A stretch of DNA of 64,000 bases from an uncultured Gemmataceae bacterium (GCA_963750165.1 CAVVPN010000001.1:1-64000), one strand, 5' to 3'; counted from the stretch's first letter, positions 28,707 to 39,982 are shown. The notes: generated by a model not told the origin, from the letters alone. Made by a program: numbers and translations.

Positions 28707-30273
28707 GGTCGGGGCTCCGTGGGGCCCTTCGGCAGCGGGGCGAACGGCTGCAAGTATTCGCCGGCGTGCGGCCCCGTGGCCGGCTCGTAGCAGTACACGT
28801 AGGGCGTGACCGACAGGCCGACGAACAGCGGTGAGCCCTGATCCGGGTCATAGTCTTCCAGGTCAATGCGCACCGGCAGACGCTGGACGATCTTGACGAA
28901 GTTGCCCGTGGCGTTCTGCGGCGGCAGCAGCGACAGGGTTTGGCCGGTGCCCATCGTGAAGCCGGTGATGCGGCCCTTGAACGTGTGGCGGCTGCCGTAC
29001 ATGTCCACGTCCAGACGGACCCGCTGGCCGATGCGCAGGTCGGCCAGTTGCGTCTCCTTGAAGTTGGCGTCGATCCAGATTTCCGTGAGCGAGCGCACCG
29101 CCATGAGGCTTTGGCCGACCTGCACGGTGTCGCCGGGGTTGACGTTGCGGCGCGTGACCACGCCGTCGATCTCGCTGACGACATCGCAGTAGCGGAGGTT
29201 CAAGTTGGCCTGGTCGAGGTCGCGGCGGGCCTGCAGGAGTTTGGCCTCGGCCTGCTTGACGGCCGGCGCGTTCGGGACAATTTTTTCCAGGATGGCGTCA
29301 ATGTTACCCGAGGCGTCCTGGTCGCGGAACTTTTTCAGGGCCTGGCTCGGGGTGGTTTCCGAGCCGACCAGGGGCAGGCCGACCTGAGCCATCGTCTGGG
29401 CGAGCGTGGCCAGCGCGGTGCGGACGTCGGAAAAGGTCTCCGTGAGGTCCTTCGGCACCTCGGTCAGGGCGTGGCCCCTGGGCGGCTGGGCGGCCAGGCC
29501 GAGGTTGACCCGGGTGGCATAGACCGTCTCCAGGGCCTGCTTGACGGCCGCCTCGTCCACCTTGACCGTCTGCTGGCGCACGTCGAGTTCTTCCTTGCCG
29601 ACACCGCCGATCTTCAGCAGTTCTTCGCCGCGCTTGAGGTTGGCGCGGGACAGCTTCAGGGTGGCCTTCTTGCTCTCGTAGATCGCCACGTTGGCGCCGA
29701 GCGTGGCGATCTGGTTGTTCACCTGTTCGACAGCCCGCTGCAGTTTCCAGCGCTGCGACCGGGCCAGCGCTTCCAGGCCGCGCACCTGGGCTTCGGCGGC
29801 CGTCAGGTCTGCCTGCGCGGCGGTGACGGCGGCCTGTTTGATGCGCACGTCCACGATGTACGGCTCGCGGTCGAGCCGGACGAGGATGTCGCCCTTCTTG
29901 ACACGCATGTTGTCGTCCACCAGCACCTTTTTCACCTGGCCATAGACGCGCGGGGCCACCATCGTGACGTGGCCGTTGACGTAAGCGTCATCGGTGCTGA
30001 CAGTGTTCAGGATCGTGATGACCCAGGGGATGCCGAGGTAGGCGGCGGCCGCCAGGACGACCACGCCGCCGGCCAGCAGCAGCCAGTTTCGCCAGTGGCG
30101 TTTGAGCGGCGGCGCTTGGGGCGGCCTGATCTGCTGGTCTGCGGGAGGCGCCCCCCGGCCACGATGACACGCTCGGCGGGCAGCCGGTTGTGCGTCTCGG
30201 CCGGCGCCGGTTGGGCGGGGGACTGATGCGCCGGTTCCGTCGCTTCAGAATGTTTGCCGTCGGGGCCAGCCAT
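28703..30273 (-). CDS. emrA: HlyD/EmrA membrane fusion protein (G-run frameshift at ~30153)
   Basis: STDDAYV, WIDANFKETQL, LLPPQNATGNFVKIVQRLPVRI; AAAGGAGA RBS before ATG 30273. Confidence 0.9.
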
Positions 30274-30393
30274 GCGAGTACGTCTCCTTTCCACGGTTCG
30301 GTCCTGGCGAGGGCCCGACGGGCATCATGCAACCGGCGCCCGGCCCGCCACGGGTGCGTTCCCCCTGGCAGGATACCGGACACCAATTCTCAG

Positions 30394-30409
30394 AGCAATT
30401 GCCGCGCCG
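30394..30409 (-). promoter_or_regulatory. Putative sigma-54 -24/-12 promoter of the efflux operon
   Basis: CGGCGCG-GCAA-TTGCT on the minus strand, ~120 bp upstream of emrA. Confidence 0.5.
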
Positions 30410-30480
30410 GAGATGAGAGGTCGGTGCGGTGCGCGATGTCGGAGGGGTGTCTTCGGAGTAAGCGCGCGTGGCGTTTGGGT

Positions 30481-30540
30481 GTAGCGGAAGTCGCCAGACT
30501 TCCGCGCAGCGCCGCACGGAAGTCTGGCGACTTCCGCTAC
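30481..30540. repeat. GTAG-type REP doublet
   Basis: GTAGCGGAAGTCGCCAGACTTCCG-N12-CGGAAGTCTGGCGACTTCCGCTAC. Confidence 0.9.
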
Positions 30541-30551
30541 CCCCGCTGCCG

Positions 30552-30837
30552 ATTGATCGGTTCGCGCAAGGGGTGGGGTGGCGGACACGGCCTGACGTGC
30601 GGCGGCCTTCGCTGCCACAGCAAGGGTGCCAAGGGTGCCAAGGGGGCCAACTTTTTCATACGTCGAGATGCGGCGCCCTGGCCCCGTGGGGTGGCACGGC
30701 GCGACAACCAACGGCGGCGGTTGCCACAGCAAGGACGCCAAGAACGCCAAGAACGCCAACTTTTTCATACGTCGAGATGCGGCGCCTGGCAGCGCCGGCC
30801 TGCCGTTCGTGGTCCACACGACTGCGAACCGCTCCAG
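30552..30837. repeat. Second (inverted) copy of the ~300-bp MITE-like repeat at 5415-5719
   Basis: Same two units (gccacagcaagg-9mers-ccaactttttcatacgtcgagatgcggcgcc); ends atcggttcgc / gcgaaccgctccag. Confidence 0.85.
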
Positions 30838-30867
30838 GTGAACTCGGCTCGCCCCAGCTCCCAGGAG

Positions 30868-33473
30868 CTATTTTGCCGTTGCGACCCGGCCGTCCAACCG
30901 TCGCAGCGCCCCTTGCGCTTCGCGCGTGAGCCGGGCCTCGGCGCACCCCCGGCCAGCGCCGCCAGTAGCTTGCGTGCCTCGGCGCCGCCGTCCCACTCCA
31001 GCACGGCGACCGCCCGCAGTTTGCGCAGCTGAACGGGCGCGGGCACCCCCTCCTGCTTGCCGAGCAATTGCTCCAGCCGTCGTCGATATTCGAGCGAAAG
31101 GGGTTTGGCCAGCGCCTGCCGCAGGGCGGCCTCGGCCAGGTCGCCCCACCGCTCCAGCGCAGCGCTGGCCCTGTCCCGCACCGCGAAACGCCTGTCGTCC
31201 AGGTCCTTGATGAGCCCGGCAATCTGCTTGCCGTCCACCGCCGGCGCCGGCTTGAGATGCTTGGCGAGCAGCGCCACCGCCTGCGCCGGCCGGGCGACCA
31301 GCTGGGCGGACGCCTTGTGCGCAGCGGCCGCGTCGTCGGCCAGGTCGGCCCACCAGGCTTGCAGCTGTTGGACGGTCGCGGCCGGCGCCGGCTTGGCGGC
31401 AGGGCGGGCGGTCGCCCAGATGAGCACGGTGTAGTCGGCGCTGCCCGAGGCCAAGCGTGTGCCGTCCGGCGAGAAGGCCAGGCAGTTCAAAGCGGACGTG
31501 TGACCCGGGAGTTGGCGCACCTTCGCGCCCGTCAACGAGTCCCACAGTTCAACCGTGCCGCCTCCGAAGCTGGCGATCATCCCTTCCGCAGAGCCGTTGC
31601 CGGCGGCCAGCAGTCGCCCGTCCGGCGAAAAGGCCAGGGTCGCGGACATCGTCCCGGGGATTTTCAACACCTCCTGGCCGGTCACCCGATCCCAGATCCG
31701 GAGCGACGGGTTGCCGTAGGAGATGCGCAAGCCGTGGGTGACCAGAACCTGGCTGGTCGCGATCCACCGACCGTCGGCGGAGAAGGTGCCCGTATGGCAG
31801 GGGATGTGTTCATAACTCTCCGGGGTGGCACGCAGGGCGATTTCCCGGATTTGCTTGCCCGTGGCGGTGTTCCACAGGCGCAGCGTCTCCGCCGCCGCCA
31901 GTTCCCGCTCGGAGCCGTTGGCGGACAGCGCCACCGTGCCGTCCGGCGTGATGGCGAACACGGAACCGTCCTCGTCCGCCTTGAAGTGGCGTATGCGCTT
32001 GCCCGAGGCCAGGTCCCAGGCGTGAACCGTGGCGCCGGCGGCGGCCGCGTTCACGAACCGGCCGCCGCGCTCGCTTTTCGCCCCGGCGAACAACGTCTTG
32101 CCGTCCGGGGCGAAGGTCAGCGCCGCGGCGCCGGCCGGCGGCCCCTCGAACTGGGCCAATTCCTTGCCCGTGGCCGCGTCCCAGAGCCGCACCGTGCCGT
32201 CCGCGCTGGCGGACGCCAGCACTTTGCCAGCCGGCGCGAACGCCACCGCCGTGACCGCGTCCGTGTGGCCCGCCAGGCAGCGCAGTTCCTTGCCGGTGGC
32301 CGCGTCCCAGAGCCGCACTGTGCGATCCAGGCTGCCGGAGGCCACGCGCTTGCCGTTCGGGGCGAAGGCCACGCTGGTCACCTCCTTCCGGTGACCGCTG
32401 CCGTGGCGGATTTCCTCCCCCGTGGCCATGTCCCAGAAGCGAATGGAGTCGGCCCAGCGTCCGGGCAGCAGGGCCAGCACCTTGCCGTCCGGGGAAATGC
32501 GGCCCAGATACGGGTCGTTTTTCAGGTCATTCCGAAAGCGGCGGAGTTCCTTGCCGGTGATCGTGTCCCACAGCCGAGCCTCGGAGCCATCGCACGTGAC
32601 CAGCCCCTTGCCGTCGGGGGTGAAGGCGAAGGTCGCATGGAGGGTCGCGAACTGGCAGCGTTCCGCGCCCGTGGCGAGATCGAACACCTGAATCGTACCG
32701 TTCTTGTCCTGCACCGCGGCGGACTTGCCGTCCGCGGTAAAGGCCACGTGGCTGTTGGGGCGGGGGAGTTCGTGCAGCTTCTTGCGCGAGGCGACATCCC
32801 AGACACAGATGAAGCCGGGGATGGTGCCCTTGTCTTTTTGGAAAGTCCCGCCCTCTGCTCCGGACAGTAACTGCTTGCCGTCCGCGCTGAATTGCAGCGA
32901 GGTCAGGCTCACGCCGCGACCCGGGAACGGCGCCAGTTCCTTGCCCGTCGCAACCTCCCAGACGCGGATCGGGTTATGGTCTTTCCACTCGAAACAACCC
33001 GCCGCCAACAGGCTCCCGTCGGGGGAAAACGCGAAGGCGCGAATGTCGAGGCTTTTGCCAAAGGTGCGCAGCGCCTTCCCGGTGCGCCAGTCAAACAACT
33101 CGATCACCCCTCCCCGATTCACCGCCACGCTCTTGCCGTCCGGGGAGAACGTCGGTTGGGACAGTTGACGGTCGGGGAACGCCAGCCGGGTGATTTCCCT
33201 GGCGGTGGCCGTATCCCAGAAAATGAGCGCAACCCCATCCCGCTCGTAGGTGGACACCAGGACCGTTTTGCTGTCCGGCGCGTACGCCATGAAGCCCACC
33301 CCGCCCGGGAGGTGGAAGCGCCGGTTGCCCAGCCGAGCGACGGCCCCTTCGGGCAGCGGTACGCCGTGCAGGTCGGTGCGGCCGGGCGGTTGCTTCGGCT
33401 GACCGTGGGCCAGCGGCGGCAGCGCCAGGAGCGAGCAAATCACCAGCACGAGACGGCTGAGAAACAGCGACAT
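30868..33473 (-). CDS. Secreted WD40-repeat protein, planctomycete type (frameshift at ~30941)
   Basis: Signal peptide, DLHGVPLPEGAVARLG, many GH...VAF.PDG...SGS.D.TVRLWD repeats; one added base restores GAPEARLTREA and a stop at 30868. Confidence 0.9.
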
Positions 33474-33537
33474 GGGGTTCCTCCTTGAACAACGGTTCGT
33501 TCGGGATGGGTTTGGGCCGCCGCGGCAGTCAGGGCGT

Positions 33538-33649
33538 CAAGGTTCCTCCGCAACTCTTTCGTTATAATACAAACCACCCTCCCCGGAAGGTCCAGGGCGC
33601 CTTTCCAGGCAACGGACGGAGAGATGGCGAACCCCGTGCGCACCGTCAC
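33538..33649 (+). repeat. Direct-repeat copy 1 of a promoter plus first codons (MANPVRT) of the MBL gene
   Basis: caaggttcctc...ctttcgttataat...ccccggaagg...acggacgg.gagatggcgaaccccgtgcgcacc matches 35673-35785. Confidence 0.85.
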
Positions 33650-33652
33650 GGG

Positions 33653-35641
33653 TCAGCGCGGGTCACGGCCCTTTCCGGGGGCGTACAACAACACGTCGTC
33701 CACCAGCAATTCGGCCCCGCGCGGCAGCAGGAAGCGGATTTCCTCAATCCCGTCCAGGAGCCGCGGCGCCGCCAACTTGCCGTCGGCGCCGCGGCCGTCG
33801 CGGCTGAAGTCCGCCAGCGCTTCCGCCCAGGCGCCCTGCTTCAGTCCCTTCAGCGTGATGGTGTGGTGTACCTTCGCGGTGCGGTTGAGCAGCACCACAT
33901 CCAGCGCATCAGCCCCGGTCAGCCGGTAGCGGAAAAACAACGCCGTCGCCGCCCCCGCCGGCCGCGGGCCGCGGAACTGCAACTGTATCCAGGGGTCGCC
34001 CTGCGGCGTGCGCGGCACACTCTTCGCCGCCCGCCAGAAGGAGCCCTGTTTGTCCGCAATCGTGAAGCTCCCCAGCCATTCCTTGCCCTGCTTGCCGGTG
34101 TCGAACAGACCGGTGTACAGCAGCCGCTCCGGGAACGGCCGTTTCTCGCCCGCGGCCGGCGCGTCATACAACACGATGTCATCAATGAGCAGCTCGGCCC
34201 GCGGATCGACGTAGAACTGGATGTCGTCGATGCGCTCGTCCTGCGCCAGGGGACCGCCGCTGCCGTCCGGGCGGCGCACCTGCGTCATGTCCACGGTGCC
34301 CGTTCGCCACTGTCCCTGCGGCAGGCCCGTCAGCGTCAGGCAGCGGTGAAAGCCGCGCGTCAGGCTGTAAATCTGCACACGCAGCGTGTCGGTGCCCTTC
34401 AGCCAGTAACGGAAGCGCAGCCGCGGTTGCTTGCCCATCGGCGGCCCCGGCACCGGATTGAAGATGACGGCGGTGTACATTGTCTTCATGTCGCCCTGCA
34501 GGTCGTCGAAGTCCTGCGTCAGCACACCACGGCAGCAGCGCTTGCCGCCGCCAGCCGGTACGTTGACCGTCTCCGCCTTGCCGCACATCCACCAGCGCTT
34601 TTCGATGTCCGTCTCGAAATCCTCGAAGGCGTGGACACGGTTGGGCATGCCGTCGGCGGCAATGAGCCTGGACGGATTGGGCGGCGGCTTCGGCAGGACC
34701 GCCGGGCCGGCGGCGACGCGCTCAACGTACCACTTCAGGAACTCGTCAGCCTTGATGGCCGTCACGATCATGCCGTTGGCCTTGCCCTTGTTGATTGCCA
34801 GTTCCCCCGGGCTGGGCAGGTGCATCTTGACGCTCCGCGGCTCGCCGAAACGCGGCTCGAAACTCAGCCGCACGGCCACGGCACCCGCCAGTTTCGGCGT
34901 CACCCGGTCCACGAGTTGAAACAGGTTCTGCACCTGAAAGGTCAAGGGGGTACACGCCTGGAACAGGCGCTGCCGCAGCGGATCGGTCAACGCCAGCTCT
35001 TTCGTCGTCTCGGCAGGGACCACCAGCGGAAAAACGCCGACGGTGTCGAAGACCTGTTTCGCCGCCGCGGTATCCCGGTGGAAGTTGGGCTGACGGCTGG
35101 CGACCTTTGCGGAGGCCGGGCCGCCGCTGACGATGAGGCGCTTGATCCACGGCTTGCAGTCGGGATGCTCCTTCAGCAACCGGGCGACGTTCGTCAGCGG
35201 CCCCGTGGCCACCAGCGTCAACTCGCCGGGGTTGGCCTTGAACTGGCGGTACAGAAAGGCGACGGCGCTCTCCTTGAGCGGCTTGCTGGTGCGGTTAAAG
35301 ATGGCCGCGGGATGGCGGCGGTACTGGATTTGCCAGTCGAGTTGATCGTCGGCCTGCGGGTCCGCGCCGGCGGCCACGGGGATGTCACGGCGGCCCACCT
35401 GCGTCAGCAAGCGACACGCCAACCAGGCGCGATCGCTGGCGTTGCCGCCGCAGGTGGTGACGCCGCGCAGGTCCACCTCCGGGCTCGCCAGGGCCAGGGC
35501 CAGCGCACAGGCCCCGTCGATGCCGGTGCCGATGTCAATGTCCAGGAGGATCGGCACCTTCTTCGGCTGCTGGCCCGCGGCCGGCGCGGCGATGGCGAGC
35601 AGGACGGTCAGGACGGCTGGAAAGAAGATCAGGCGGCGCAT
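33653..35641 (-). CDS. Secreted nucleoside-hydrolase-fold protein with two tandem C-terminal beta-sandwich (CBM-like) domains; catalytic Asp residues degenerate
   Basis: PILLDIDIGTGIDGACALALALASPEVDLRGVTT, TLVATGPLTNVA; two domains with FRY.L.G.D.L ... ELL.DD..LY. Confidence 0.8.
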   Translation of the reverse strand: MRRLIFFPAVLTVLLAIAAPAAGQQPKKVPILLDIDIGTGIDGACALALALASPEVDLRGVTTCGGNASDRAWLACRLLTQVGRRDIPVAAGADPQADDQLDWQIQYRRHPAAIFNRTSKPLKESAVAFLYRQFKANPGELTLVATGPLTNVARLLKEHPDCKPWIKRLIVSGGPASAKVASRQPNFHRDTAAAKQVFDTVGVFPLVVPAETTKELALTDPLRQRLFQACTPLTFQVQNLFQLVDRVTPKLAGAVAVRLSFEPRFGEPRSVKMHLPSPGELAINKGKANGMIVTAIKADEFLKWYVERVAAGPAVLPKPPPNPSRLIAADGMPNRVHAFEDFETDIEKRWWMCGKAETVNVPAGGGKRCCRGVLTQDFDDLQGDMKTMYTAVIFNPVPGPPMGKQPRLRFRYWLKGTDTLRVQIYSLTRGFHRCLTLTGLPQGQWRTGTVDMTQVRRPDGSGGPLAQDERIDDIQFYVDPRAELLIDDIVLYDAPAAGEKRPFPERLLYTGLFDTGKQGKEWLGSFTIADKQGSFWRAAKSVPRTPQGDPWIQLQFRGPRPAGAATALFFRYRLTGADALDVVLLNRTAKVHHTITLKGLKQGAWAEALADFSRDGRGADGKLAAPRLLDGIEEIRFLLPRGAELLVDDVLLYAPGKGRDPR

Positions 35642-35672
35642 GGTCGTCTCCTGCGATACCGGGGCGGCGGGC

Positions 35673-35785
35673 CAAGGTTCCTCGCGGCAGCCCTTTCGTT
35701 ATAATAAAATCCACTGTCCCCGGAAGGCCCGGGGCGGCTCCCAGGAAACGGACGGCGAGATGGCGAACCCCGTGCGCACCTTCAC
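35673..35785 (+). promoter_or_regulatory. Promoter (TATAAT at 35700-35705) and start of the MBL gene; direct-repeat copy 2
   Basis: Perfect -10 box ~55 bp upstream of ATG 35760; conserved in copy 1. Confidence 0.65.
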
Positions 35786-36545
35786 CTTCCTCGGCACCGG
35801 CACCTCCGTGGGTGTGCCGATGATCGGCTGCGACTGCGCCGTCTGCCGTTCGACCGACCCGCACAACCACCGCTACCGCTGCTCCGTGCTGATCGGCCTG
35901 CCGCAGGGCAACGTGCTCATCGACACCACGCCGGAACTGCGGCTGCAACTGCTGCGGGCCCGCGTCAAGTTGGTGCATGCCGTCCTGTACACGCACTACC
36001 ACGCGGACCACCTGTTCGGCCTTGATGATCTGCGGCCGATCCCGTGGCACCTCGGCGGCCCGGTGCCGCTGTACTGCTCCGCGGAGGTCGAGCGCAAGAT
36101 TCGGCAAGCGTTCGGCTACGCCTTCCAGCACACCAGCGAGGAGCAGCAGTTATACGTCCCGCGGCTCACCTTCGAGCGCGTCACCGACGACGAGCCGTTC
36201 ACGGTCCTGGGCCAGCGCGTGCTGCCGATTCCGCTAATTCACGGGCCGTTTTCGGTGTATGGTTTCCGGTTCGATGACGTGGCCTACTGCACGGACGTGA
36301 ACGAGATTCCGAAGGAGAGCTGGCCACGGCTGGAGGGCCTGCGTGTGCTGGTGCTCGACGCGCTGCGCTACAAGCCGCACCCGGCGCACTTCAGTCTGAA
36401 CGAGGCGCTGGAGGTCATCGACCGTGTGCGGCCCCAGCGGGCGTACCTGACGCACATGTCGCACGACATCGATCACGAGACGGTCAGCAAGCAGCTGCCG
36501 CCTAACGTGGAACTGGCTTACGACGGATTGTCGTTCGAGTTTTGA
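35760..36545 (+). CDS. MBL-fold metallo-hydrolase (PhnP-like)
   Basis: LGTGTSVGVPMIGCDCAVC, THYHADH, AYCTD, LTHMSH, LAYDGL. Confidence 0.92.
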   Translation: MANPVRTFTFLGTGTSVGVPMIGCDCAVCRSTDPHNHRYRCSVLIGLPQGNVLIDTTPELRLQLLRARVKLVHAVLYTHYHADHLFGLDDLRPIPWHLGGPVPLYCSAEVERKIRQAFGYAFQHTSEEQQLYVPRLTFERVTDDEPFTVLGQRVLPIPLIHGPFSVYGFRFDDVAYCTDVNEIPKESWPRLEGLRVLVLDALRYKPHPAHFSLNEALEVIDRVRPQRAYLTHMSHDIDHETVSKQLPPNVELAYDGLSFEF

Positions 36546-36583
36546 CGCGAGCGGGCTGCTCGCCCGGGATGATGGGGAAAGCG

Positions 36584-37978
36584 ATGGTCGAGGTTCCTGA
36601 AGCACTGCGGGCGCGACTGCGGCAACACGGGCAGGAGCATGTGCTGCGCTGGTGGCCGGACCTCAGCGACGCCGAGCGGCGCGGCCTGCTCGGCCAGCTG
36701 GAGGCCCTGGACCTGGGCCAGCTGGCGCAGTTGTTCGGCCACCGCGACGAGACATTCACGCTGCCGCCGCTGGAGGCAATCGCGCCGGTGCCGGTGGCGC
36801 AGCTGGACGCGGCTGACCGGCAGACGCGGGCGCGCGGCGAGGACGCGCTGCGGCGCGGCGAAGTGGCGACGCTGGTGGTCGCGGGCGGCCAGGGCAGCCG
36901 GCTCGGCTTCGAGCACCCCAAGGGCATGTTTCCGATCTCGCCGGTGCGCGATCACACGCTGTTCCGGATTCACGCGGAAAAAGTGCTGGCGCTGGGCCGC
37001 CGCCATGGTAAAACGCCGCCGTTCCTGGTGATGACCAGCCCGGCGACGCACGACGAAACGGTGGCGTTCTTCGAGGAGCACCAGTGCTTCGGTCTGCCGC
37101 GCGACGGTGTGGAGTTCTTCTGCCAGGGCACGATGCCGGCGCTGGACATGGCGACGGGCAAGCTGCTGCTGGAGGAGCGCGGCAAACTGTTCACGAGCCC
37201 GAACGGCCACGGCGGCGTGCTGCTGGCGCTGGCGGACACGGGGCTGCTGGGTCGGTTGCGCGACCGCGGCGTTCGCACCATCTTCTATTATCAGGTGGAC
37301 AATCCGGTGCTGAAGATGGCGGACCCGCTGTTCCTGGGCCATCACCTGGCCGCCGGCGCGGAGGTCTCGACCAAGGTGGTGGCGAAGGAGGGGCCGAAGG
37401 ACAAACTCGGCAACCTGGTGCTGATCCACGGCCGCTGCGGCATCATCGAATACTCGGACCTGCCGGACGAACTGGCCAACGCCCGGGACGAGCAGGGCCG
37501 GCTGCGCTTCCGTGTTGGCAACCCCGCCATTCACCTGTTCGCGGTGGACTTTCTGGAGCGCGTGTCGCAGGGGGCGGGGCGGATTCCGTTCCACGTCGCC
37601 CGCAAGAAGGTGCCGTACCTGGACGCCGCCGGCCACCTGGTGCAACCGCAGCAGGAGAACGCGCTGAAGTTCGAGATGTTCATCTTCGACGTGCTGCCGC
37701 GGGCGGAGCGCTGGGCCGTGGTGGAGACGACGCGCCGCGAGGATTTCGAGCCGCTCAAGAACGCGACCGGGCCGGACTCGCCGGAGACAGTGCGGCAGGC
37801 GATGAGCAACCTCGCCGCGGACTGGCTGGAGCGGGCTGGCGTGCGCGTGCCGCGGACGCCGCGCGGCGACGCCGCGGTGCCGCTGGAGATCAGCCCGCTG
37901 TTCGCGCTGGACGCCGAGGAGCTGGCGGCGAAGGTGCCGCGCGGCAGCGCCGTGGCGGGGCCGACGTATTTTGGATAG
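36584..37978 (+). CDS. UDPGP-family uridylyltransferase (UDP-GlcNAc/UDP-Glc pyrophosphorylase)
   Basis: AGGQGSRLGFEHPKG, VMTS, SPNGHGG, YQVDN, IEYSDL, KFEMFIFD, FEPLKN. Confidence 0.9.
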   Translation: MVEVPEALRARLRQHGQEHVLRWWPDLSDAERRGLLGQLEALDLGQLAQLFGHRDETFTLPPLEAIAPVPVAQLDAADRQTRARGEDALRRGEVATLVVAGGQGSRLGFEHPKGMFPISPVRDHTLFRIHAEKVLALGRRHGKTPPFLVMTSPATHDETVAFFEEHQCFGLPRDGVEFFCQGTMPALDMATGKLLLEERGKLFTSPNGHGGVLLALADTGLLGRLRDRGVRTIFYYQVDNPVLKMADPLFLGHHLAAGAEVSTKVVAKEGPKDKLGNLVLIHGRCGIIEYSDLPDELANARDEQGRLRFRVGNPAIHLFAVDFLERVSQGAGRIPFHVARKKVPYLDAAGHLVQPQQENALKFEMFIFDVLPRAERWAVVETTRREDFEPLKNATGPDSPETVRQAMSNLAADWLERAGVRVPRTPRGDAAVPLEISPLFALDAEELAAKVPRGSAVAGPTYFG

Positions 37979-38000
37979 GTTGACGCTGCCGTGGCGCCGG

Positions 38001-38597
38001 TCAATTTTCAAGACTCCCCGTGTCGTTCCACAAATGCACCACCGGCTCGTCCGGCCCGTGCAGGCTGCCCAGCACGCTCACGCTGGCAGTGCTCAGGTGG
38101 AACAAACGCCCCGCGCCCGGTTCCAGGCCGAGCCAGCGGGCCGTCAGCACGCACAGGATGTGGCCGCTGGAAAACACCAGCACGTTGCCGCCGACCGCCC
38201 GCAGCCGCGCCAGCACGCGGTCCGCCCGGGCGCCGATTTCCGCCACGCTTTCGCCGCCCGGACAGCCATCGCGGAACAGCTGCCAGTCCGGCCGCTGCCG
38301 CCGAATCTCCGCGGTTGTCTTGCCCTCGTAGTCGCCGTAGTTCCATTCCACCAGGTCCGGGTCGATCTCGGCACGGCCTCCGAAGCCGGCCAGCTCGCAG
38401 GTGCGGCTGGCGCGCTGCAGCGGACTGGTGAACACGCGCGCGACGCTCAGGCCGCGCAGGCGCTCGCCGAGCTGCCGACCCCTTTCCTCGCCGCGCGGCA
38501 CCAGTGGCAGGTCCGTCAAGCCGGTATGCTGGCCGGACAGGCTCCAGGCTGTCTCGCCGTGACGGACCAGGTACAGCAGGGGCTGTGGTGAACTCAT
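38001..38597 (-). CDS. Histidine phosphatase (phosphoglycerate mutase family)
   Basis: [27 protein letters not shown]. Confidence 0.9.
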   Translation of the reverse strand: MSSPQPLLYLVRHGETAWSLSGQHTGLTDLPLVPRGEERGRQLGERLRGLSVARVFTSPLQRASRTCELAGFGGRAEIDPDLVEWNYGDYEGKTTAEIRRQRPDWQLFRDGCPGGESVAEIGARADRVLARLRAVGGNVLVFSSGHILCVLTARWLGLEPGAGRLFHLSTASVSVLGSLHGPDEPVVHLWNDTGSLEN

Positions 38598-39982
38598 GGT
38601 TTTCCCTCCGCCTCGATCATCGGGTTGTGCCAGCCGCCGGGTGGGACGATCTTCTGTTCAACCTCGGCCGGTCCCCAGGTGCCGGGCTCATACTCATACA
38701 GCGGCGCCTGGTTGCCGAGCACCGGCTCGACGATCCGCCAGGCTTCCTCCACGTTATCTTCGCGGGCGAACAGCGTCGCGTCCCCCTTCATGGCGTCGCC
38801 AAGCAACCGCTCATAGGCGTCCATTTCGTGCTTGTCGGGGTGGTGCGCGGCCAGCAGCTCCGCCGCCTCGCCCACCATTACGTCGCCCGGCGACTTGACC
38901 ATCGTGCCCAGGGCGATTTCCACGTCCGGGCTGATGCGGAAGCGGTAGTAGTTGGCCGGCGGCGGCTCCGGCGAGTAGATCGGCGGCGTCCGGCGCAACC
39001 GCACGTACACCTCGGTGCAGGTCACCGGCAGACACTTGCCGGCGCGGAGGAAAAAGGGCACGCCCTGCCAGCGCCACGAGTTGATCTCCAGCCGCAGGGC
39101 CGCGAACGTCTCGACCTGCGAGTCCGGTGCCACGCCCGGCTCGGCGCGGTAGCCGCGGAACTGGCCGCGCACCACGTCCCAGGGCCGCAGCGGCGGCACC
39201 GCCTTGAGCACCTTCACTTTTTCGTCGCGGACGGATTCGCTGTCGATGCCGGCCGGCGGCTCCATCGCCAGGTTGCTGAGGATTTGCAGCAGATGGTTCT
39301 GCATCACGTCGCGGATGGCGCCCGCCTCCTCGTAGAACTTGCCGCGGCCCTGCACGCCGAATTGTTCGGCCATCGTGATCTGCACGCTTTCGACGTAGTT
39401 GCGGTTCCAGATCGGCTCCAAAAAGGCGTTGGCGAAGCGGAAGTAGAGCAGGTTCTGCACCGGGTTTTTGCCGAGGTAGTGATCGATGCGGAAGACCGCC
39501 GACTCGTCGAAGGTGCCGAGCAACGTGCGGTTGAGCGACCGGGCCGACTCCAGGCTGCGGCCGAACGGCTTCTCCAGGATGACGCGGGCGCCGTGGGCAC
39601 AGCTGGACTTGCCCAGCTGCTCCACGACCAGCGGGAACAGCGATGGCGGAATGGCCAGGTAGTGGACCGGGTGATGGGCGTCGCCGAGTTGCTGCCGCAG
39701 TTCCTGGAAGGTCCGCGGGTCGGCGTAGTCGCCATCGACGTAGCGGAGCAGGCCGAGCAGCTTCTGGAACGCCGCCAGGTCGAGGCCGCCGTGCTTCTCA
39801 ACGCTGTCGCGGGCGCGGGCCTTGAACTGCTCCAGGCCCCAGCCGGACTTGGCGACGCCGACGACCGGCACGTCCAGGTGGCCGCGCTGCACCATCGCCT
39901 GCAGGGCGGGGAAGATTTTCTTGTAGGCCAGGTCGCCAGTGGCGCCGAAGAACACCAGGGCGTCGGAGTGCGCTGCGGTCAT
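38594..39982 (-). CDS. zwf: Glucose-6-phosphate dehydrogenase
   Basis: [43 protein letters not shown]. Confidence 0.95.
   Translation of the reverse strand: MTAAHSDALVFFGATGDLAYKKIFPALQAMVQRGHLDVPVVGVAKSGWGLEQFKARARDSVEKHGGLDLAAFQKLLGLLRYVDGDYADPRTFQELRQQLGDAHHPVHYLAIPPSLFPLVVEQLGKSSCAHGARVILEKPFGRSLESARSLNRTLLGTFDESAVFRIDHYLGKNPVQNLLYFRFANAFLEPIWNRNYVESVQITMAEQFGVQGRGKFYEEAGAIRDVMQNHLLQILSNLAMEPPAGIDSESVRDEKVKVLKAVPPLRPWDVVRGQFRGYRAEPGVAPDSQVETFAALRLEINSWRWQGVPFFLRAGKCLPVTCTEVYVRLRRTPPIYSPEPPPANYYRFRISPDVEIALGTMVKSPGDVMVGEAAELLAAHHPDKHEMDAYERLLGDAMKGDATLFAREDNVEEAWRIVEPVLGNQAPLYEYEPGTWGPAEVEQKIVPPGGWHNPMIEAEGKP

Noticed and set aside
30841..30867. Third copy of the duplicated promoter (gctcccagga)
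   Set aside because: The match is only ~10 bp in high-GC DNA
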